64,000 nucleotides of DNA from Octopus bimaculoides. Lineage: Eukaryota. The DNA lies in the NCBI RefSeq assembly GCF_001194135.2, contig NC_068998.1, positions 30,129,334 through 30,193,333 of the forward strand. Direction: 5' to 3'. Below, one piece after another: positions 1-10,553 of the stretch. Within the stretch, counting starts at the first letter, position 1. Every line of letters starts with the position of its first letter. The notes beneath the pieces were generated by a model. That model saw nothing but the letters and a program-made list of their open reading frames with translations. It was not told the DNA's origin and searched no databases. The position numbers were made by a program, and so were the translations under genes.

Positions 1-1240
1 TGGTCAATGTGGAAGCTAAGGATAGACAAGTGGTTAGTGAGAGCTGTACTAGCCATGTACAGGGATGTTTGCCAGTAAGGTGAAGGTTGGCAACAAGTAT
101 AGCAATGAATTCAGTGTACAGATAGGAGTTCACCAAGGATCAGTTCTCAGCCTCCCCCGCTCTTGTTTATCATAGTACTCCAGGCCTTAACAGAGGGATT
201 CAAGACTTGCTGCTTCTAGGAGCTCTTCTACGCTGATGACTTTGTTCTTATAGCTAAATCACTACTTGACTGAGAGAAGAAATTTCAGGTATGGCAGCAA
301 GGCCTTGAATCTAAGGGCCTTAGAGTTAGCTTAACAAAAACCAAAGGCTAAGTAAGTTCCTTCAGGGAGATGGCTCTGCTTGATATGTAAGAAGGGTGTT
401 GTTAGAAACTCCATATGTTGTTCCCAGTGCAAGTTTCAGACACATAACGGGTATAGCGGTCTTACTGGAAGGTGCAGATACAATAAGCACTAAAAATGCC
501 CAGACAATAGACTCTCTCAAATGCTTGGGGGTGGGGGTGGGGATGGTCAAGATAGCTTCTGTTACCTAGGTGACTAAGTTAGTAGTGAAAGTGTAGTTGC
601 GAGAATTAGAACAGGCTGAAAAAAGTTCAGAGAACTTTTACCTTCTAAGGGCCTCTCTCTCAGTGAAAGGCAGATTGTATGATACCTGTGCACATACATC
701 TATGTTACATGACGCCGGATGGGTAATGCACACACGATAGAGTGTGAATGATTTTAGAAGAAAATTGGATAAAAGAGGCATCAGATGTTGTGTGCAAGAG
801 AGAAGACTGTGCTGGGTTGGTCATGTGATGTGTATGGATGAGGACAGCTGTGTAAAGAAATGCTGAGCTCTAACTGTGGTGGAAACCTGTGGAAGGGGTA
901 GACCCAGGAAGATATGGGACAAAGTGGTGAGAAAGGATCTTCAGATGCTGGGCCTCACTGAGGAAATGACAAGGGACCAGGAGTTGTGGTGATTTATTGT
1001 GCCAAGCCAAGTAAAATTGTTGTCATCTATACATACAAGCTTATCTTTTACAGATGCTGATGTCACATAAAATGAACTCATGCCAGTGCTGCATAAACAC
1101 ACTCATGCCATCATGGCAGTGTGAAATGGAAAGCACCCAGCACATTCTGTAAAGTAGTTGGTGTTAGGAAAGGCATCCAGCCATAGAAACCATGCCACAA
1201 CAGACAATTTGAAGTCTGGACAGCTCCCTGGCCTATGGGA
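1..1240 (+). mobile_element. Decayed RTE-like LINE fragment (RT C-terminal half plus 3' UTR)
   Basis: GVHQGSVLSP-like and LFYADD-like codons near 125-245, GRPRK-x-WD end near 900, and the family 3' tail (ttggtgttaggaaaggcatccagc). Many stops and frameshifts. Confidence 0.8.
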
Positions 1241-1706
1241 CCTATTGTTAGTCAGTGATCCTGTAACAGGGATAGTTATGTAACTTGTATCAGTGGGAAG
1301 AAAACAATGGCTTGTAGCAAAGGCTGAACAATCTTTTCTAAAGTTAATTACTGAACTATACTGTATGAGCAGCACCTGCTGTCAGTTACACAAATTAATG
1401 CTAACATTAATCTCAACACATTAATCTCAGAACTGTTGCATCAAAATAAATAAAAAGACAAAACTGATAAAAAAAAAACATGAAAATGTCCTATAGAAAA
1501 TAGTCTTAAATGCAGTTTTAAGCAAATATTGGTAAGATGGTATAACTGCTTTTATAGTTGAATGCTCTTCCAACCATCAACTTTAAACAGCTTGGTAGGT
1601 AATTAATAATCTAGTAAGATGGAACATATCAGAAAATGATAGATGCAGATGTGGAAAAATTGGAACACTGAAACATATTCTTTCCAAAGTTCACTGACAT
1701 TAAATA

Positions 1707-2602
1707 CGAGGTCTGATCAATAAATATCTGCACTGTTACCATAGTAATGAAGCTAAAGCATGCAAAGTGAAGCCATTTGACACAGATTGACCCTGACCCC
1801 TGCTGTGCATGTGCACTAAGTTTTAACATTCTAGCTCACTTCCAAAGTAATGTGTGATCATCACATTGACTATAACAGAGAAAGTTGTCATGCTCAAAGG
1901 GCTATGCAAAGTTGCAGAAAGTGTATGAGCTGCACACAAGTGTACGAGTGGTTCAGATGTTTCCAAGATGACCAAAAAAATGTTGATAGTGATGAATGTT
2001 CTGGGAAACCTGCAACCAGCAGAGATAAGAAAAACATCACAAATGTTTTTCTGTGTGCAGCTGTGAGGGGAAATCATCGAACCACCATCTGTGAGTTATC
2101 AGAGAATGTGCAGATTAGCTATGGTTCAGTTCAGTCCATTATCACTGAAAACTTGGGTATGAGATGCATGTCTGCCAAGTTTGTGCCCAAACTGCTTTCA
2201 GTTGACCAAAAAGACACTTGGGTTTCAGTTGCACAAGATCTCCTTGATTGTGTTGAGAATGATGAAAACTTTTTGGAAACTTTGTGTAGNNNNNNNNNNG
2301 TTGAGAATGATGAAAACTTTTTGGAAACTTTGTGTAGGCCTCTGAGCAGGTATCGCCAAGCTTTTGGCAAAATTTGATGCAGATTCTCTGCTCAACTGTT
2401 TCTGTTATGGTCAATGCAACAAACACATTTTACACACCTTCCTTCCAAGCACTACTGTAAACAGCAGAAGTGAGCTAGAATGTTAAAACTTAGTGTGCAT
2501 GCACAGCAGCATTCAAGGTCAATGTGTGTCAAGCGGCTTCATTCTGCATGCTTTAGCTTCCTTACTATAGCAACAGTCCAGATACTTATTGATCAAACCA
2601 CG
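1707..2602. mobile_element. Mariner (Tc1/mariner) derivative with TIRs and TA duplication
   Basis: TA|cgaggtctgatcaataaatatctg on the left is the reverse complement (with mismatches) of gatacttattgatcaaaccacg|TA on the right. Transposase N-terminal pieces lie on both strands: VYEWFRCF...SAKFVPKLL (+) and EQRICIKFCQKLG (-). Confidence 0.85.
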
Positions 2603-2739
2603 TACATATACATGGAGATACAATTGAGTTCTTAAGGTCATCTTCAATGCTATAAAGAACCAAATTATTCTCATCAACAGTGGCAAAAAAAACCCCACTG
2701 ATAAAACCAACCAGCAATTTCATTACCTTCATGCCTTCA

Positions 2740-3340
2740 GGACAGCAGATCCATTTGGAGAAGAAGAAAGTTCCTGTGAGCAATGAAAAGTGGAACAGCT
2801 ATTAGGAGGTAGCTGCAGATTTACCAGAGCGCCAAGGATTTTTCCCATTCCAGTTACAAAGAAACCAGATATCATTTTATGATGTGAAAGAAAGAAAGTG
2901 GTAAAATCTAGTCAAGTTAACAGTTCCTTATGAAGATAACATGGATAACACTTGGGCTTGAAAGACAGACTGTTATGAAAAATCTCCTTGAGGAATGTGA
3001 AGATGCAAGCTGGAAAGCGGAGCATTTTCCAATTGAAGTTAGATGTAGAGGAGTCGTTGGACACAGTGTGAGGTAACTATTGTTGTCACTTGGCCTAACT
3101 CATCATAAAGCAAATACCACCATGAGTGATATCCAGACTACAGTGGAAGAGGCAAACCTCTGGGCTAGAAGCAATGACTAGAAGAACATTGAACGAAACC
3201 TAATAACCAGTTGATCTAGCAAGCAGGGCCTCATTTCAGTGATTGGGATGGTGGTGTGCAATGATGCTGTCAAGAGGAAGGCTCCGAAATGGCATGCAAC
3301 TCTCTCCTGATGACCCCATAAATTTGCTAGCATCCAGTAT
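2740..3340 (+). mobile_element. 3' relic of a restriction-like-endonuclease non-LTR element (Hero-like)
   Basis: Broken frames give KPDIIL...VPYEDNMD...WKAEHFPIEVRCRG, a PD-(D/E)xK pattern like Hero-type RLE domains. Clade assigned by motif memory only. Confidence 0.6.
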
Positions 3341-4251
3341 GTAGAGCTTTCAACTGCACTTACATCTGCAGGTAGGCATGCTTACTCCAAATTAAAATGA
3401 AAATTAAAAATGGGGATGAAATGTCTAAGGTATCCTAAACAAAAGAACTGAAAATAAAGAAAAAAGAAAATATGGAAAATAAAAAAGTATTTTACCAAAA
3501 ATAATTCTAAAATTAAAAAATATTTGTGAGCTGTATTTGTTGGGGAAGAAACTTGATCTAACTCGATCATTTATTAGAAGAGTTATTTTAGCCATTTAAG
3601 ATTGCATAAAAACTGTTACATTCACATTTTGCTTATTTCTCAATAAGACAGTGTCAAAAAGCTTTGTTGCACTTCTATAAATAAAAACTACAACATGAAA
3701 TAGAAATGAAAAGTATTGTGAAAAATGTGCTTTAAAAAATATAGAAAAGTTATAATATAAATGAAAAGCGAAAATAACCATTAAGGAATAACAAAAAAAG
3801 ACAATAAAAAATAATAATAAAAAAGACCATGTCCTTCAGAAATAGCAGATAGTAGAGTATTTAAAACTTTACCTTGTTTGCTTAGAGAGGATTCAACAGA
3901 AATGGTTCATATTATCACTTGGCAAAAGACCAGCTATTTAACTGAATGCACCAATAATAGTTCATTGTTAGGATGAAAAACAATGTCGAGCATATCAGAA
4001 TTTGAAATCACTAAAAGTTTAACACTATGCTAGATGCTTTACAGATTTTACTTAAGTGTCTTTTATGTCAAAGCTCAAATTTTGCTTCTCACCATGACAC
4101 GTTAAAATAAACCTTGGTAATATTTTAAGATCAATTTTTTTTTATCTTGCACTGTTGGGAACAGCAACAAGGACACTACCTCCATTGTCATCATTACATT
4201 CATCTTTCCAGCAACTCTAATCAAAGAAATGAAGGAAGACTATAAACTTAC

Positions 4252-4340
4252 CCAAAGGACAATGTAAAACTGATAATCATTAAGGCAACCGAATTGTAGA
4301 GCAGGGGATTTTTGAAAAGACTTGTGGTATTTTTCATAGT
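4252..4340 (-). CDS. SV2: Internal exon of SV2-like transporter (TM7)
   Basis: Acceptor tcctgcag|ACT, donor GG|gtaagt; 89 nt, phase 0 to 2. TMKNTTSLFKNPLLYNSVALMIISFTLSF(G) matches the SV2 FTLSFGYYGL motif. The next exon was not found inside the window. Confidence 0.9.
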
Positions 4341-5634
4341 CTGCAGGATAGAGAGAATACAGAAGATAAAACAGTTTAATAAACATTTTGTTTTTAAAAA
4401 TTAATCACTACAGTAATTTAAAATTTCTAGATTTGTATGGTTTATCTTCAATGTATCTTATTCTAAATTATATTTTGCTCACTTCATTTTCTATATCTAC
4501 ATATAAACATATCCCTTGAGCATAGTAGTTATTAAAGTATTAGAAATATAGGTGTGAGCTTAAACTCATACCTATACCTCTAATATTTTAATAACTGTTA
4601 TGTCCCAGTCCTATATAACAGTTAGATTCTAGAGTATTTAAGTTCATTCCCACAACAGTGACTATACTGTTCTATATTTAAGAGATGAGGAATTATGTGC
4701 ATTATTTACATTTGACGGATATTTGTCCTCATCTTGTTTGTTGTTAACACAACGTTTTGGCTGATATACCCTCCAGCCTTCATCAGGTGTCTTGGGGAAA
4801 TTTCGAATCTGGGTTCTCATTCCTAAGGTATTTTTCGATGTTATTATTATTACTATTATTATTAGTAAGTCACTGCCTGGACTTGAACTCGGAATCTTGT
4901 GTTTAGCAGCCTGCACTCTTAACCACTACACCATATGCCTGTGGGCAATGATGGAGTGAATTTTAGGGCTTATAAGTCTAATATTCTCCTATCCTTTCTT
5001 AATACCGGTTCACATATGCTATTCATATCTGCACTCAGTCTGCTTAGGAGATTGTTGTGTCCTAGCATATGTGCTGCTTCTTTTAGTTTTCATAAATTCC
5101 AGTGGTGTTCTCTGTCTATTATTTTAACTTCATCCGATAGGGGGAGATGGTCTCCATTTTCCCATACATGATCAGCTATACTCGATTTATCAATATCTCC
5201 TTGTGTCACAGCTTTGTGATGTTCCTCTACCCTTATTTTGAGGGGGCGGGTTGTGTGGTAGTTTACTGTACCTGTTATTAAAGTATTAGAAATATAAGTG
5301 TGAACTTAAACTCATACCTATATGTACGGTCTTCCTAACATTCACAAGGATGATATTCCATTAAGACCTATAGTGAGCTGTAGAGGTTCAGCATGTCATT
5401 CACTGAGCAACTTCCTTGTGGATATAATCAATCCATTAGCAGGAAAGTCAACATCGTACGTGAAGAATTCCACCCACTTCACAGAATTGATCAAGGATAC
5501 CCCCATTAAATCCAACCAGATGGTGAGTTTAGATGTGATAAGTCTGTTCACCAAAGTCCCAACTGGTGAAGCACTATTGGTGATTCAAGAAAAACTAGTG
5601 ACAGACACCCATCTAAAAGAACACACTAGTATAC

Positions 5635-5821
5635 TGATATGCCTCAAGCTACTGCTATCTAGCACCTTTGGATGATCTCTACTCAACCGCTACACAACTG
5701 CTACTCGACTGCTACTCAACAGCTACTCGACTGCTACTCAACACTCCTACCATGGCCAGATTACCTCTATTTATATGTCTTGGAAGATCCTACTTCTTTG
5801 CCTGGGGGTGTCGACACAACA
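5635..5821 (-). repeat. 3' LTR of the gypsy element (187 bp)
   Basis: tgatatgcctcaagct...gtcgacacaaca; two extra 11-bp units relative to the 5' LTR. Confidence 0.92.
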
Positions 5822-5830
5822 CCTCCCCCT
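5822..5830 (-). promoter_or_regulatory. Polypurine tract
   Basis: AGGGGGAGG on the minus strand, directly abutting the 3' LTR. Confidence 0.8.
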
Positions 5831-6056
5831 TTTGAGCTTTTTNNNNNNNNNNNNNNNNNNNNNNNNNNNNNNNNNNNNNNNNNNNNNNNNNNNNNNNNNN
5901 NNNNNNNNNNNNNNNNNNNNNNNNNNNNNNNNNNNNNNNNNNNNNNNNNNNNNNNNNNNNNNNNNNNNNNNNNNNNNNNNNNNNNNNNNNNNNNNNNNNN
6001 NNNNNNNNNNNNNNNNNNNNNNNNNNNNNNNNNNNNNNNNNNNNNNNNNNNNNNNT

Positions 6057-8236
6057 TGAAATATCTTTTTTTTAATTGGTTTAAATGCCTTCTGTGTTCA
6101 TATTTCGGTCCTTTTACTGTGTACATCACATTACCCAGATGTCCCATTATACTTCCTTGTTCCCAGTCCTGTTTTCCATTACTATATACTCTAAAATACA
6201 ATTTGTCACCTGTGTTAAAAAATTTCGTTTTTCTTCCCAAATTTTCTATTTTCTGTTTCCTGCTCGGCAACCATTTGTCAAAAATAGAACGAATTTTTCT
6301 GGAAAACATCAAATCTGCGGGTGACCTACCTGACTCTGCATTTGGATTCGGTGTTATTCTATACACCTGCAAAAATTTTGTCATATTTGTATCTTCAAAG
6401 GTTTCCCGTCTGGTCTTCCTTAAAGCTCTCTTGAATGTGTCGGCGAATCTTTCCACTAACCCATTTGATCTTGGGTGGTATGGCGGAGTTAACACATGCT
6501 TCATCTGAACCAACTTACAGAATTTTTTGAACTCCTTCGCTGTGAATTGTGTCCCATTATCTGACACAATCGTATCTGGCACTCCATACCGAGTGAACAG
6601 TTCTTCCAAGAACTCAATCGTCACACTTGAACATTTACACACTTCAGGCCATTTGGAATAGCTATCCACCACAATGATATAATAGGAGCTATTTAGTGGT
6701 CCTGCGAAATCCACATGTAGTCTAGACCATGCCGAATCTGTTTTTGGCCAAGGCTGTATCTGCACTGGGGGCGCCCTTGCTGCCATCATGCATCCCATAC
6801 ACTGTTGTACCAGTCTCTCAATTTGCTTGTCCATATTTGGCCAATAAATGTAACTTCTCATAAGGCTCTTCATCCGGATTTCCCTGGACGTTCAACATGA
6901 AAATCTTTTAATACTCTGTTTTGCAGTACTTCAGGTATTACCACTCTTTGCACGTATAATAATACCTCATTACATTCAGAAAAGCACTTTGAACCTATGT
7001 CCTGCTCATTTATATTTTTTGTGTTACATAACATATTTTTAATCTTATTTATAAACCTATCATTTTCCGATTTCAATTTAATTTCTTCCAGCGTTACCGA
7101 CAAATCACATACTACATTGCACAAAATGTTCTTCAGTTCCTTTTCTAGTTTTAACGATGCAATCACCATGTCTTCAAAAGGTTCCTCATATTTTGGAATC
7201 AGCCTAGACAACCCGTCTGCGTGTCCCATTTTCACTGATGGCAAAAGCTCCATCTGAAAATCGTAGTTCAACAGAGTAGTTCCCTAGCGCTATAAGCGGT
7301 TTGCTGAGTGCATGGGGATACCCTTTCTCGAACCGAAAATAGACAATAATGGTCGGTGATCCGTTTGCAGTGTAAACTTCCTCCCATGTAAGAATTTATG
7401 GAATTATTTAACTGCAAAGATTAATGATAACGTCTCTTTTTCAATCTGGCTCTAGTTTCTTTCCGCTGGTAACAGAACTCTCGATGCATGTGCAATAGCT
7501 TTGATTTTACCATCATTAAATTTATGCAATATCACTGCTCCTATGCCATATTTACTGGCATCTGATGCCACAATTATTTTCAATTTGGGGTTGAAATGAG
7601 TTAATGATAACTCTAAAGTTAACCGCTTTTTTAGTTCCTCGAATGATTTCTGACATTCATTTGTCCAGCTCCATTTCGAGTCCTTCTTTAGTAATTTGTT
7701 CAACGGAGCTCTTAGCTCATGCATTTTAGGTATGTACAACTGGTAATAACTTACCAAACCTAAAAATGCTTGTAGTGTTGTTTTGTTAGTGGGAGCAGGC
7801 ACTTTTTTTATCGCGTCAATCCTAGAAAGGTCTGGTTTTCATCTGTTTTCATTGATCACCTATCCTAAGTACTTTATTTTAGTCAAAAAAAAATTCACAT
7901 TTATCCTCCCTTACTTTAAATCCATAATCACTTATTCGTTTGAAAACCTCTTCTATATGTTCACTATGCTGGTCCCTTGATTCACTTTTAATCAATATGT
8001 CATCCAGGTATGGGACCGCAAACTCACAATCTGCTAGCATAGTATCCATCACTTGCTGAAATATTGCTGGTGCGACCTTTACCCCAAATGGCAGTCTTTT
8101 GAAACAGTACAGACCTTTACGAGTATTAATTGTTAATACTTTAGCACATTCTTCATCTACCTGTAATTGGAGGTAGGCCTCAGATAAATCCCACTTGGAA
8201 AAAATTTTCCCTCCATTGCACTTGGCAAATACTTCC
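6057..8236 (-). pseudogene. gypsy pol (RT, RNase H, integrase) with stops and frameshifts
   Basis: RT DLSEAYLQ...LPFGV...YLDD (7980-8236); RNase H VASDASKYGIGAVI (7452-7802); integrase HVDFAGP...SDNGTQF...NGLVE (D,D35E, 6057-6873). Confidence 0.9.
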
Positions 8237-9377
8237 TNNNNNNNNNNNNNNNNNNNNNNNNNNNNNNNNNNNNNNNNNNNNNNNNNNNNNNNNNNNNNNN
8301 NNNNNNNNNNNNNNNNNNNNNNNNNNNNNNNNNNNNNNNNNNNNNNNNNNNNNNNNNNNNNNNNNNNNNNNNNNNNNNNNNNNNNNNNNNNNNNNNNNNN
8401 NNNNNNNNNNNNNNNNNNNNNNNNNNNNNNNNNNNNNNNNNNNNNNNNNNNNNNNNNNNNNNNNNNNNNNNNNNNNNNNNNNNNNNNNNNNNNNNNNNNN
8501 NNNNNNNNNNNNNNNNNNNNNNNNNNNNNNNNNNNNNNNNNNNNNNNNNNNNNNNNNNNNNNNNNNNNNNNNNNNNNNNNNNNNNNNNNNNNNNNNNNNN
8601 NNNNNNNNNNNNNNNNNNNNNNNNNNNNNNNNNNNNNNNNNNNNNNNNNNNNNNNNNNNNNNNNNNNNNNNNNNNNNNNNNNNNNNNNNNNNNNNNNNNN
8701 NNNNNNNNNNNNNNNNNNNNNNNNNNNNNNNNNNNNNNNNNNNNNNNNNNNNNNNNNNNNNNNNNNNNNNNNNNNNNNNNNNNNNNNNNNNNNNNNNNNN
8801 NNNNNNNNNNNNNNNNNNNNNNNNNNNNNNNNNNNNNNNNNNNNNNNNNNNNNNNNNNNNNNNNNNNNNNNNNNNNNNNNNNNNNNNNNNNNNNNNNNNN
8901 NNNNNNNNNNNNNNNNNNNNNNNNNNNNNNNNNNNNNNNNNNNNNNNNNNNNNNNNNNNNNNNNNNNNNNNNNNNNNNNNNNNNNNNNNNNNNNNNNNNN
9001 NNNNNNNNNNNNNNNNNNNNNNNNNNNNNNNNNNNNNNNNNNNNNNNNNNNNNNNNNNNNNNNNNNNNNNNNNNNNNNNNNNNNNNNNNNNNNNNNNNNN
9101 NNNNNNNNNNNNNNNNNNNNNNNNNNNNNNNNNNNNNNNNNNNNNNNNNNNNNNNNNNNNNNNNNNNNNNNNNNNNNNNNNNNNNNNNNNNNNNNNNNNN
9201 NNNNNNNNNNNNNNNNNNNAATGAGAACATTGGACAAAATATGTTATTGACATTAATAGTTTGTACCTCAGCTAATTACTGTTGAGAACTGCATAATCCA
9301 TGTGTCATATTAGAGATCTAAAAGGCATTTTCGAATTTCATTATTTTCTTTAATCCAGGCAACGCTGGATATTTCTG

Positions 9378-10388
9378 CTAGTTATCAATACGTCTGAACC
9401 GGTATCTAATTGCATTTTGGTCTGAAACCCATTTATTTCTACCGACACAAATTTTTGGTTTTGTCTGGTATAATTTACTTTTGTTGAGTAGACTTTCTTT
9501 TTTTTTTATTGTTTTCTTTGACTGGCATTTCGTCTGTATATGCCCAATTTTACCACACTTAAAACAGGTTTTATCTTTAAAGAGGCAATCTTTCCTCAAA
9601 TGTCGCTCTCTGCAACCATAGTACCATTTTGTATTTAATTTTTTCATTCTTTGTATACTTTCTTTACATATTTTTACATTTTTCTTGTCTTCTATTTTCC
9701 TTGTATCATCTCGAAGGCTTATTATTTGTTGGCATTCTTCAGCCACCTTCTGCAAAGTGAGTTTCACATCTTGGTTCAACTTTGATAATATTCTTTTTCT
9801 AATTTCTGCGTCTTCCGTTGCCACTAGCTCTTTAACAAATATTAAACACTTGAACATATCTGGCGTTAATTCTTCCAACTTGAACCTTGTGCAAGCCTTG
9901 TTAACCATACCAGCATATGTCACAAAATCATCGGACTCATTTTTCTTTAAGTTTAAATATTCCCATCGAATGTTAAACTGTGAACTTTTCTCGCTAAAAA
10001 TATTCGTCAAAATATTTATTGTTTCCTCAAAACACAATTCCGTGGGCTTTCTCGGCAAAATAAAGTTACAAAAACTTTTGTGTTCCGGAGTAGCAAGCTT
10101 TCGCAAAAGGAGTCTTACCTTCCTTTCACTAGACAATCCTTGACATTCCTCTTGGAATATATCTTCGTATCGTCTGTAATATGCAGCAAAAGTAGTTCCT
10201 TTATCCGGATTGTAGTGAAATTCTTTGATGGAATTTGCAACACCATCTGCTGAAAATGATTCTGTCATATTTCTCGCCTGCAGTAACAAATCTGTTAACT
10301 TCTGTAGTTGCTGCTGCTGCTCTTGTTGTTTCACTACTGCTTTCAGTAACTCTTCCATTTTTGGTGCTATTAGAAACCTCGTCGCCAC
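9378..10388 (-). pseudogene. gypsy gag with CCHC knuckles
   Basis: 336-aa ORF with TTFAAYYRRYEDIF and a C-terminal knuckle CFKCGKIGHIQTKC preceded by a degenerate knuckle. The protease motif QLDTGSD follows in a shifted frame near 9385-9415. Confidence 0.85.
10377..10387 (-). promoter_or_regulatory. Primer-binding site TGGCGACGAGG
   Basis: Starts 1 nt inside the 5' LTR boundary and begins with TGG, as expected for a tRNA 3'-CCA primer. Confidence 0.8.
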
Positions 10389-10553
10389 TGTTATGTCTCA
10401 AGCTACTGCTATCTAGCACCTTCGGGTGATCGCTATACAACTGCTACTCAACAGCTACTTGACTGCTACTCAACACTCCTACCATGGCCAGACTACCTCT
10501 ATTTATATGTCTTGGGAGATCCTACTTCTTCCCCTGGGGGCGTTGACACAACA
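10389..10553 (-). repeat. 5' LTR of the gypsy element (165 bp)
   Basis: tgttatgtctcaagct...gttgacacaaca; homologous to 5635-5821. Confidence 0.92.

Larger units (their letters stand above)
5635..10553 (-). mobile_element. Ty3/gypsy LTR retrotransposon (Mag-like), full structure, decayed
   Basis: Two TG...CA LTRs, 5-bp TSD TATAC (5630-5634, 10554-10558), PBS and PPT in the expected positions, domain order gag-PR-RT-RH-IN. About 1 kb and 200 bp of N gaps inside. Confidence 0.95.

Noticed and set aside
2258-2340. Tandem duplication around the 10-N gap
   Set aside because: Identical sequence on both sides of a gap is typical of unmerged contig overlap.
3278-3320. GAAA...CTGATGA in the Hero-like 3' UTR as a hammerhead
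   Set aside because: The flanks do not pair to form stem II and there is no convincing stem I or III.
9370-9430. Programmed frameshift between gag and protease
   Set aside because: No clear slippery site, the pre-protease segment looks deleted, and pol has several other lesions, so decay is the simpler explanation.
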